Source: Methanobacteriota archaeon (GTDB taxonomy: Archaea > JAADCQ01 > Methanopyri > Methanopyrales > Methanopyraceae). From it: a stretch of 64,000 bases of DNA. Each line of letters begins with the position of its first letter. The stretch's first letter is position 1. This document shows positions 55,811 to 64,000 of this stretch, in pieces. The notes beneath the pieces were generated by a model. The model saw only the letters and a list, made by a program, of their open reading frames with translations. It searched no databases and was not told the DNA's origin. The stretch spans positions 140,521 to 204,520 of the forward strand of contig JAMOPO010000052.1 of NCBI GenBank assembly GCA_027064425.1, read 5' to 3'. The translations under genes were made by a program, and so were the position numbers.

Positions 55811-56890
55811 TCATCCCGCCGCGAATCCCTCCTCGTCCGCGAGCTCTTCGATGACGTCGGCGAGGTTCGCATGGTACCAGCCCCGGCGGACGTACTCCGG
55901 GTATATGGGCAGCCGCTCCCGGAGCCGTAGTCCCACCTCTTCGGTGAGTCTTTTCAGCTCTTCAATCTCCGGCCACGGCGCCTCCGGGTTCACGTAGTCC
56001 TTCGTGACCGGGGAGACGCCGCCCCAGTCGTTGGCACCCGCCAGCAGCGCCAGCTGCCCGGTCTCCCGGTTCAGGTTAGGCGGGACCTGAATCGGCACGT
56101 CCGGGAGCATGAGCCGGGCCTTCGCCACCGTCCTGAGCAGGTCCGCCGGCGTCGGCTCCGGGTGGTCCTCCATCGGAATCCCCGGCTTGGCCCGGAAGTT
56201 CTGGACGATCACCTCCTGCACGTGACCGTACCGCTCGTGCAGCTCCCGGATCTTCTCCAGCGTCTCCACGCGCTCCCTCCACGTCTCCCCGATCCCGATC
56301 AGGATGCCCGTCGTGAAGGGGACCTTCAGCTGCCCCGCGTACTTGAGCACCTTCAGCCGCTCCTCCGGCCGCTTGCCCGGTGAGTGCTCGTGCGGCCCAC
56401 CCTCCTCGCACAGCCGGTCCGAGAGGATCTCCATCATCAGACCCAAGCTCGCGTTCCACCGGCGCAGCTTCCGCATCTCCGACTTGGTGACCACCCCGGG
56501 GTTGCTGTGCGGGAGCATCCCGTACTCCTCCACGCACCGCCGACACAGGTCGACCAGGTACTCGATCGTGCTCGAGTACCCGTGCTCCTCCAGCCACTCC
56601 AGCGCCTCGTCGTACCGCTCCTCGGGCCGCTCCCCGAACGTGAACAGCACCTCCTTGCAGCCGGCGCGCCGGCCCGCCTCCACTATCTTGAAAACCTCCT
56701 CCGGAGGGAGGTAGGGGGAGTCCACCTCGTCCGGCTCCCGGCGGAACGTGCAGTACCGGCACCGGTTCCTGCAGAGCCTCGTCAGCGGCACGAATACGTT
56801 CTTCGAGTAGGAGACCACGCTACCGAACCTTTTTCGAGCCACCTCGTTGGCGCGCCGCATGAGGTCCAACAGCTCGCCTCCGAGGTTCAA
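55811..56890 (-). CDS. cofG: FO synthase subunit 1
   Basis: YSKNVFVPLT.LC...C.YC, PFTTGIL.GIGE, QVPPNL, DWGGVSP..D.VNP. Confidence 0.95.
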   Translation of the reverse strand: MNLGGELLDLMRRANEVARKRFGSVVSYSKNVFVPLTRLCRNRCRYCTFRREPDEVDSPYLPPEEVFKIVEAGRRAGCKEVLFTFGERPEERYDEALEWLEEHGYSSTIEYLVDLCRRCVEEYGMLPHSNPGVVTKSEMRKLRRWNASLGLMMEILSDRLCEEGGPHEHSPGKRPEERLKVLKYAGQLKVPFTTGILIGIGETWRERVETLEKIRELHERYGHVQEVIVQNFRAKPGIPMEDHPEPTPADLLRTVAKARLMLPDVPIQVPPNLNRETGQLALLAGANDWGGVSPVTKDYVNPEAPWPEIEELKRLTEEVGLRLRERLPIYPEYVRRGWYHANLADVIEELADEEGFAAG

Positions 56891-56916
56891 GGATCCGCCC
56901 CCTCGGGGGTCCCAGG

Positions 56917-59900
56917 TTGGAGCCCGGCCCGGAGCTGGAGCGCGAGATCCAGGAGCGTTGGGAGGAGGAGAACCTGCTGGAGAAGGTCCGTGAGAAGAAC
57001 CGTGACGGGCCGGTCTTTTACTTCCTAGACGGCCCCCCGTACGCCAGCGGCTCGATCCACCTGGGCACCGCCTGGAACAAGGTCATCAAGGACGCCGTCA
57101 ACCGGTACAAGCTCATGCGCGGCTACCGGGTCCGCCTGCAGCCCGGCTGGGACTGTCACGGCCTCCCGATCGAGGTGAAGGTGGAGCAGGAGGTTCTCTC
57201 GGACGAGATCGAGTGCAAGAAGGACATCGAGGAGAAGATCGGCGTCGACAGGTTCGTCGAGAAGTGCAAGGAGTTCGCCCTCAAGCACGTCGAGATCATG
57301 ACGGAGCAGTTCAAGCGCCTCGGCGTCCTGATGGACTGGGACAACCCGTACATGACCCTTGACAACGAGTACATCGAGGGCGCGTGGTACACGCTCAAGC
57401 GCGCCCACGAGCGCGGTCTCCTAACCCGAGACGTGCGCATCGTGAACTGGTGCCCGCGGTGCGAGACCGCCCTCGCCGACCACGAGGTCGAGTACAAGGA
57501 GATCGAGGATCCGTCCATCTTCGTCCTGTTCCCCGTCGAGGACGACTCGGAGGCCGAGGCGGATCTGCCCGACAACGCCGCCCTGTTGATCTGGACGACC
57601 ACGCCCTGGACCCTGCCGGCCAACCTGGCCGTCGCCGTGCACCCCGAGGAGGAGTACGTGCTCGCGCGCGCCGAGGTGAACGGCGAGGAGTGGCACCTGA
57701 TCGTCGCGGACAAGCTCAAAGTCGTGCTCTCCACCGTGGCGGACTCGTACGAGATCGTGGACAAGTTCTCGGGCGAGGAGCTCGAGGGCGTGCGCTACCG
57801 GCCCGCCCTCTGGGACGAGGTGCCCAAGCTGCGCGAGCTGCACGAGGAGAACGACCGCGTTCACCGGGTCTACGCCGCCGAGTGGGTCACGATGGAGGAG
57901 GGTACGGGCTGCGTCCACGTCGCCCCCGGTCACGGTGAGGAGGACTTCGAGCTGGGCCGCGAGGTCGGCCTGCCGGCGCACTGCCCGGTGGCCGACGACG
58001 GGACGTTCACCGAGGACGGGGGCAAGTACGAGGGTCTCTACGTGCGTGACGCGAACGAGGAGATCATCGAGGACCTGCGAAAGAAGGGTCTCCTCGCGCA
58101 CGAGGACACGGTCAAGCACCGGTACGGCCACTGCTGGCGGTGCAAGACTCCCATCATTTACCGGGCCACCGAGCAGTGGTTCCTGAAGGTGACCGAGGTC
58201 AAGGACGAGATGCTCGACTGGATCGAAAAGGTCGAGTGGATTCCCGAGTGGGCGGGCCACTCGCGCTTCAGGGACTGGGTCGAGAACGCGCGCGACTGGT
58301 GCATCTCCCGGCAGCGGTACTGGGGCATCCCGCTGCCCGTCTGGGAGTGCGAGGAGTGCGGGCACATCGAGGTCGTCGGCTCGCTCGACGAGCTGAAGGA
58401 GAAGGCCGAGAAGCTCCCCGAGGGTGAGCCCGATCTGCACCGGCCCTGGGTCGATAAGGTGATCCTCGAGTGCCCGGAGTGCGGCGGCGAGATGCGGCGC
58501 GTGCCGGACGTGCTGGACGTGTGGGTCGACTCCGGCGTCGCCGCCTGGGCCTCCCTGGGCTATCCCAAGCGCAGGAAGGAGTTCGAGGAGTGGTTCCTCA
58601 AGGAGGGCTCCTGCGACCCGGACGAGGAGGCGGCCGGGGCGGACTTCATCACCGAGGGTCACGACCAGACCCGCGGCTGGTTCTACTCGCAGCTCGGCTG
58701 CGGCGTGATCACGTTCGGCACGTGCCCGTACCGGACCGTCCTGATGCACGGGTTCACGCTGGACGAGGAAGGCCGCAAGATGAGCAAGTCGCTCGGCAAC
58801 GTGGTCGACCCGATGGACATCGTGGATAAGTACGGCGCCGACACGCTCCGGTGGTACGTCCTGCGGTCCAACGCCCCGTGGCGCGACATGCACTTCAGCT
58901 GGAAGGACGTGCGCGACACGCACCGCGCCCTCAACGTGCTCTGGAACGCCTACCGGTTCACCAAGATGTACTCCGAGCTGGACGAGTTTGACCCGGAGGA
59001 GCACCCGCTGGAGGAGCTTGAGGAGCACCTGCAGCCGGAGGACCGGTGGCTCCTGTCCCGGATCAACACCCTCGTCCGCGAGGTCACGGACGCGATGGAG
59101 CGGTACCACGTGCACGAGGCCGCGCGCGCCCTGTACGAGTTCGTGACCGAGGACCTGAGCCGCTGGTACATTCGGCTGGTCCGGGAGCGGGTGTGGCTCG
59201 AGCGCGACGACCCGCGCAAGCTCGCCGTGTACGCGGTGCTGTACTACGCGTTCGACCGCCTCGTGAGGCTGCTGAACCCGATCATCCCGCACGTGGCCGA
59301 GCACATCTACCGGGACCTGCTCCGGGGCGAGGACGATCCGGAGAGCGTCCAGCTCCTCGACTGGCCCGAGCCCGAGGAGAGGTGGATCGACGAGGACCTG
59401 GAGGAGGCCATGAAGACCGTGCGCGACGCCGCCGAGGCGGCGCTCTCCCTGCGGCAGAAGGCCGGCGTCAAGACCCGGTGGCCGCTGCGGAGGCTGTTCG
59501 TGGAGGTCGAGGAGCCGGACCGGCTCGAGGGGCTCGAGGACGTCCTGGCCCGGATCGTGAACGTCAAGGAGGTCGAGCTGGGCGAGGAGTTCGAGGAGAA
59601 GGTCCCGGTCGCGCGGCCCCGACCGGACAAGATCGGACCCGAGTTCCGGGACCTCGCCGGGCGGGTCATCCGGCACGTGGAGGAGCACGGCGAGGAGGTC
59701 GCGAGGGAGATCCGCGAGTCGGGCGAGTACCGGCTGGAGGTGGACGGGGAGGAGGTCGTGCTCACGGAGGAGCACGTGGAGATCGAGGAGCGGCTGCCCG
59801 AGGGCTGGGAGTCCGCCGAGTTCGAGGGTGGCCGAGTGTACCTGTACACCGAGATGGACGAGGAACTGCGCCGGGAGGCGTGGGCGCGGGAGGTCATCCG

Positions 59901-60135
59901 GCGGATCCAGGAGATGCGTAAGGAGCTGGATCTGGACCTGGAGGAGCGGATCGAGGTGTGGGTCGAGGGCGATGAGGAGATCCTGAAGGCCGTGCGAGAG
60001 CACCTGGACGAGGTCGCGCGGGAGGTGCGCGCCCGGGAGCTCAACCTCGAGGAGCCGCCGGAGGGGTGCGACCTCGAGCGCGAGTGGGAGGTCGAAGACA
60101 GGGAGGTCGTGATCGGCATCCGCCGGGGGTCCTAA
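56917..60135 (+). CDS. ileS: Isoleucyl-tRNA synthetase
   Basis: DGPPYA..IHLG, GWDCHGLP, WTTTPWTLP, DQTRGWF, KMSKS. Confidence 0.98.
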   Translation: MEPGPELEREIQERWEEENLLEKVREKNRDGPVFYFLDGPPYASGSIHLGTAWNKVIKDAVNRYKLMRGYRVRLQPGWDCHGLPIEVKVEQEVLSDEIECKKDIEEKIGVDRFVEKCKEFALKHVEIMTEQFKRLGVLMDWDNPYMTLDNEYIEGAWYTLKRAHERGLLTRDVRIVNWCPRCETALADHEVEYKEIEDPSIFVLFPVEDDSEAEADLPDNAALLIWTTTPWTLPANLAVAVHPEEEYVLARAEVNGEEWHLIVADKLKVVLSTVADSYEIVDKFSGEELEGVRYRPALWDEVPKLRELHEENDRVHRVYAAEWVTMEEGTGCVHVAPGHGEEDFELGREVGLPAHCPVADDGTFTEDGGKYEGLYVRDANEEIIEDLRKKGLLAHEDTVKHRYGHCWRCKTPIIYRATEQWFLKVTEVKDEMLDWIEKVEWIPEWAGHSRFRDWVENARDWCISRQRYWGIPLPVWECEECGHIEVVGSLDELKEKAEKLPEGEPDLHRPWVDKVILECPECGGEMRRVPDVLDVWVDSGVAAWASLGYPKRRKEFEEWFLKEGSCDPDEEAAGADFITEGHDQTRGWFYSQLGCGVITFGTCPYRTVLMHGFTLDEEGRKMSKSLGNVVDPMDIVDKYGADTLRWYVLRSNAPWRDMHFSWKDVRDTHRALNVLWNAYRFTKMYSELDEFDPEEHPLEELEEHLQPEDRWLLSRINTLVREVTDAMERYHVHEAARALYEFVTEDLSRWYIRLVRERVWLERDDPRKLAVYAVLYYAFDRLVRLLNPIIPHVAEHIYRDLLRGEDDPESVQLLDWPEPEERWIDEDLEEAMKTVRDAAEAALSLRQKAGVKTRWPLRRLFVEVEEPDRLEGLEDVLARIVNVKEVELGEEFEEKVPVARPRPDKIGPEFRDLAGRVIRHVEEHGEEVAREIRESGEYRLEVDGEEVVLTEEHVEIEERLPEGWESAEFEGGRVYLYTEMDEELRREAWAREVIRRIQEMRKELDLDLEERIEVWVEGDEEILKAVREHLDEVAREVRARELNLEEPPEGCDLEREWEVEDREVVIGIRRGS

Positions 60136-60138
60136 CCC

Positions 60139-62883
60139 GTGCGGGCCGACCCGTCCGAGTTCGAGCTGGAGTTCTTCGAGGAGATCGGGTTCGAGCGGAA
60201 GAGGTGCCCGAAGTGCGGTGAGTACTTCTGGGCCCCTCCCGACGTGGAGGTCTGCAACGAGGCCCCGTGCGTCGAGTACTCCTTCATCGGCGACCCGCCA
60301 GCGAGTCGAGAGCTGGACGTCCGCGAGGCGGGCGAGCGGTTCCTCAAGTTCTTCGAGCGGCACGATCACGAGGTCATCGACCGGTACCCCGTCGTGGCCC
60401 GCTGGCGCGAGGATATCCACCTGACCATCGCCTCCATCGCCTGCTTCCAGCCCTGGGTGACCTCCGGCGAGGTGCCGCCGCCCGCCAACCCCCTCGTCAT
60501 CAACCAGCCCTGCATTCGGCTCAACGACATCGACAACGTGGGCCGGACGGGCCGTCACTTCACGCTCTTCCACATGGGCGGCCACCACGCCTTCAACGAG
60601 CACCCACACGACCGGCGGCGCGTGTACTGGAAGGAGGAGACCGTCCGGCTGTGCTACGAGTTCACCGTGGAGGAGCTGGGCATCCCGGAGGAGAAGATCG
60701 CGTTCAAGGAGTCCTGGTGGGAGGGCGGAGGCAACGCCGGCCCCTGCTTCGAGGTCGTGGTCGACGGCCTCGAGCTCGCCACCCTGGTCTTCATGCAGTA
60801 CGAGCAGGTCGGCGGCGAGTACCGGGAGCTCGCCCAGAAGATCGTGGACACGGGCTACGGCATCGAGCGCTACGCCTGGATCACCACGGGCGAGCCCACG
60901 GCTTACGACGCCGTCTTCGGCGACCTGGTGAACCGCGTAGCCTCCGACCTGGGCGTGAAGCCCGACCGCGAGGCCCGGCGCGTCCTCGGCGAGCTGGCCC
61001 GCATCGCCGGGCTCTTCGACCTCGAGGGCGAGTCCGACCTGGAGCGTCTGCGCGAGCGTGCCGCGGAGCGGCTCGGCCTGGACGTGGGGGAGCTGAAGCG
61101 CATCGCCGAGCCCGTGGAGAGCGTTTACGCCCTGCTGGACCACGCCCGCTGCCTGACCTTCATGCTCGGTGACGGCGTCGTCCCGTCCAACGCCGGCGAG
61201 GGCTACCTGGCCCGACTGGTCCTGAGGCGCGCCCTGCGCCTGCTGGAGACGCTCGGCGCCGAGCACGAGTACCTGCTGGACCTCGTAGACCTGATGCTCG
61301 AGGAGCACGCCGAGGAGTACCCGGAGCTGAAGGAGCGGTCCGACTACGTGCGAGACGCAATCGAGTGCGAGATCGACCGGTACCAGCGCACGCTGAAGCG
61401 CGGCCGGAAGGAGGTCCGGCGGCGGCTCCGCGAAAAGAAGGAGCTCACGTTCGAGGACCTGGTGGAGCTGTACGACTCGCACGGCGTGCCGCCGGAGATG
61501 GTCCGGGAGATCGCGGAGGAAGAGGGGGTCGAGGTCGAGGTCCCCGACGACTTCTACTCCCGAGTCGCTGAGCGGCACGAGGGCGTGGAAGAGGAGGAAC
61601 CCGAGACCCTGCGCGAGCTCGAGCGGGCCGCCGTCGACCGGGACCTCCCGGAGACGCCGCTCAAGTTCTACGAGGACGAGCGGCGCTACGAGTTCGAGGC
61701 CGAGGTCGTCGACGTGGTGGAGACCGAGGACGGCAGCTGGGTGGTCCTCGACGAGACGTACTTCTACCCGGAGGGCGGCGGCCAGGAGGCCGACCGGGGC
61801 GAGCTCAGGTGGGATGGCGGCGAGGCGAGGGTCGTCGACGTCCAGAAGGTGCGAGGCGTGGTCTTCCACAGGGTAGAAGGCGACGTCCCCGAGCCGGGGA
61901 CGAAGGTCGAGGCCAGGATCGACCGCGAGCGGCGCGAGCGGCTCACCCGGCACCATACGGCCACGCACATCATCCTGGAGGCCGCCCGCCGGGTTCTGGG
62001 GGACCACGTCTGGCAGGCGGGCGTGCACAAGGCCCCGGACGAGGCCCGGCTGGACATCACCCACCACCGGCGCGTGACGGAGGAGGAACTCCGGGAAATC
62101 GAGCGGCTGGCGAACGAGATCGTCATGCGCGACCTGCCGGTCCGGAAGTCGTTCATGGACCGGAACGAGGCCGAGCGCCGGTACGGCCTCGAGCTGTACC
62201 AGGGCGGCGTGGTACCGGGTCGGAAGATCCGGGTCGTCGAGATCGAGGACTGGAACGTGCAGGCCTGCGCCGGCACGCACTGCGACCGGACCGGCGAGGT
62301 TGGCCCGATCAAGATCCTGGGTCGGGAGCGGATTCAGGACGGCGTCGAGCGGATCCGGTTCGCCGCGGGTGAGGCCGCGCTCGAGCGGGTTTGGGAGCTT
62401 GAGGACACGCTGAAGGAGGCATGCGGCGTGCTCAAGGTCGATCCGGAGAGCCTGCCCAAGACCGTGGAACGGTTCTTCAACGAGTGGAAGGAGCAGCGGA
62501 AGCGGATCCAGGAGCTCGAGCAGCGGCTGGTGGAGGCCGAGCTGCTGGCCGCCCCGGAGCGCGCCGAATCGGTCGACGACCTCCGCGTCGCCTACCTGGA
62601 GCTGGAGGAGGTGGAGCTCAAGCCGGTCGCGAGCGCGGTGAAGGAGCTGGTCGAGGAGCACTCGGACCTCGTCGTGGTGGTCAAGATCACCGCCGGGGAC
62701 TCATGCCAGGTCGTGGTCGGCAGCGGTGAAGACGCCCCGCCGGCCGTCGAGCTGATCCAGGAGATCGGCAAGATCGTGCGCGGGGGCGGCGGTGGTGACG
62801 AGCTCGTGGCTCAGGGCGGCGGCTCGGAACCCGACAAGCTCACGAAGGAGAAGGTCCTGGAGGTGGTCCGGGAGGCGGGATGA
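60139..62883 (+). CDS. alaS: Alanyl-tRNA synthetase
   Basis: QPCIR..D..NVG.TGRH, DTGYGIER, HHTATH, CAGTH, GGGG. Confidence 0.98.
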   Translation: MRADPSEFELEFFEEIGFERKRCPKCGEYFWAPPDVEVCNEAPCVEYSFIGDPPASRELDVREAGERFLKFFERHDHEVIDRYPVVARWREDIHLTIASIACFQPWVTSGEVPPPANPLVINQPCIRLNDIDNVGRTGRHFTLFHMGGHHAFNEHPHDRRRVYWKEETVRLCYEFTVEELGIPEEKIAFKESWWEGGGNAGPCFEVVVDGLELATLVFMQYEQVGGEYRELAQKIVDTGYGIERYAWITTGEPTAYDAVFGDLVNRVASDLGVKPDREARRVLGELARIAGLFDLEGESDLERLRERAAERLGLDVGELKRIAEPVESVYALLDHARCLTFMLGDGVVPSNAGEGYLARLVLRRALRLLETLGAEHEYLLDLVDLMLEEHAEEYPELKERSDYVRDAIECEIDRYQRTLKRGRKEVRRRLREKKELTFEDLVELYDSHGVPPEMVREIAEEEGVEVEVPDDFYSRVAERHEGVEEEEPETLRELERAAVDRDLPETPLKFYEDERRYEFEAEVVDVVETEDGSWVVLDETYFYPEGGGQEADRGELRWDGGEARVVDVQKVRGVVFHRVEGDVPEPGTKVEARIDRERRERLTRHHTATHIILEAARRVLGDHVWQAGVHKAPDEARLDITHHRRVTEEELREIERLANEIVMRDLPVRKSFMDRNEAERRYGLELYQGGVVPGRKIRVVEIEDWNVQACAGTHCDRTGEVGPIKILGRERIQDGVERIRFAAGEAALERVWELEDTLKEACGVLKVDPESLPKTVERFFNEWKEQRKRIQELEQRLVEAELLAAPERAESVDDLRVAYLELEEVELKPVASAVKELVEEHSDLVVVVKITAGDSCQVVVGSGEDAPPAVELIQEIGKIVRGGGGGDELVAQGGGSEPDKLTKEKVLEVVREAG

Positions 62884-62940
62884 AGAGCACCCCCGGCACC
62901 GACCGTCAGGGATGACGAGGGTGGTCCTTACAGCCTGACC
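62878..62940 (+). ncRNA. Box C/D sRNA overlapping the alaS stop codon
   Basis: C AUGAAGA, 12-nt guide GCACCCCCGGCA, D' CCGA, C' AUGACGA, guide, D CUGA. Confidence 0.65.
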
Positions 62941-63076
62941 GCCACCAACCGGTCCAGGGTCACAGCCCCCACCGACCGCCCACCGGCGACGCACGTGACC
63001 CTTCTTGCGCCGCCCTCCGGGGATCGTAACGATGTTCGTAACGTTTCGATGGAGGAAGGAAACCGGCGGCGTGGCG

Positions 63077-63985
63077 TTAGCGACGCCGGCGTAGGACCGG
63101 CAGCACCGCCGCCAGCGCCGCCACCACCGGCGACACTGGGATCTTCTCGAAGAGGCTCTTGGCCGTCCGCGCCACGGTCACCAGGTCGCTCAGGTGCCGC
63201 TTGACGAAGTCCAGCGCCGCCTGCGCCGTGTTGACCAGCTCCTCCAGGTTCTCCCGCTTCGAGAAGAACTCCAGGATCTCTCGCGCCACCTCGCCGCCCG
63301 CCTTAGCCAGCTCCTGGAACTCCGACCGGTTCAGCTCGAAGAAGTCGCTGGCGTTCACGTTCACCGTGGCCTGGACGTCCACGGTGACGCGGACCCGCTG
63401 GCTGGGCTGCTGGGGCACGACGGCCTCCGTAACCCACACGATCGTCTGAGCACTCCGCTCCCACCGCTTCGGCGTGACCACGCCCTCAACGCGCTTGCAC
63501 ACGGCCTTGACCCACTCCGGCGTTAGGTAGCGCTCCTCCGTCTTGACCTGGTTGGGCCCGGTGACCACCTTGACTTTAACGCACCGGTTCTCGATCTCCG
63601 ACCACTTGGGGACCACCATCTCGCCGATCGGGTGACGACCGGACGGGTTCAGACAGTACCCCGGGAACGTGTCGCCTACGACCTTCTCCGAGAAGGAGAC
63701 CCTGGTCCCCTCGATCTTCACGAGCTCCTTAGGAATCGGCACCAGGAACGGCTGAGTCTTGAACGCTCCCGAGCCCTGCTGCAGGTCGTCCTTCTCGACC
63801 ATGATCAGGGTCACGTACTTGTCCCCGATGATCACCGCGTACTCGCTGGCGTCCAGCGGCTCGGCACGCGTGATTCTCACCTTGAACGGTCCGGTGACTT
63901 CGCCCGCCACCGGGTACTCCTGCGCTACCGCGGCACCCAGGCTCGCCAGGAGGGCCGCGGTGAGGAGAAGCAGCGCGCGCCTCAT
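63077..63985 (-). CDS. Secreted protein with C-terminal membrane anchor / sorting signal
   Basis: MRRALLLLTAALLASLGAAVA signal peptide; ends IPVSPVVAALAAVLPVLRRRR. Confidence 0.8.
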   Translation of the reverse strand: MRRALLLLTAALLASLGAAVAQEYPVAGEVTGPFKVRITRAEPLDASEYAVIIGDKYVTLIMVEKDDLQQGSGAFKTQPFLVPIPKELVKIEGTRVSFSEKVVGDTFPGYCLNPSGRHPIGEMVVPKWSEIENRCVKVKVVTGPNQVKTEERYLTPEWVKAVCKRVEGVVTPKRWERSAQTIVWVTEAVVPQQPSQRVRVTVDVQATVNVNASDFFELNRSEFQELAKAGGEVAREILEFFSKRENLEELVNTAQAALDFVKRHLSDLVTVARTAKSLFEKIPVSPVVAALAAVLPVLRRRR

Positions 63986-64000
63986 CCCCGGAGCCCCCGG

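Noticed and set aside
57421-62661. 1746-aa minus-strand ORF
   Set aside because: Antisense shadow of ileS and alaS caused by GC-rich codon bias; no domain motifs.
1-64000. CRISPR arrays, tRNA/rRNA genes, IS elements, integrases, inteins
   Set aside because: No repeat-spacer periodicity, cloverleaf or transposase/integrase/intein motifs seen by eye.

Overview
GC-rich, gene-dense archaeal chromosome segment. The gene set (TBP, TFB, Gar1, uL22-uS3-uL29-aIF1, eL14, PAN, CofG/CofH, 2-phosphoglycerate kinase, archaeal IleRS/AlaRS/MetRS) and the very acidic proteins point to a hyperthermophilic methanogen of the genus Methanopyrus (inference, no database search run). About 67 CDS are supported, mostly housekeeping. 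I found no rRNA, tRNA, CRISPR array or mobile element. The short intergenic gaps hold six box C/D sRNA candidates, three with guides that match conserved rRNA from memory, and one H/ACA guide RNA whose pocket fits a conserved 16S site. The items most worth a second look are: (1) an orphan CitG/MdcB + MdcG-like phosphoribosyl-dephospho-CoA module behind two beta-helix proteins, with no citrate lyase or malonate decarboxylase in the window; (2) a truncated, degenerate FtsZ/tubulin-fold gene between an HTH-PhoU gene and a ribbon-helix-helix gene; (3) a radical SAM/SPASM + B12-radical SAM pair resembling the GMGT lipid Gms/Gmm pair; (4) MurG-like and AnmK-like proteins possibly linked to pseudomurein; (5) repeated head-to-head gene pairs only 8-30 bp apart with a C-run/G-run palindrome between them. 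Many start codons were re-called from the ORF track and are estimates.
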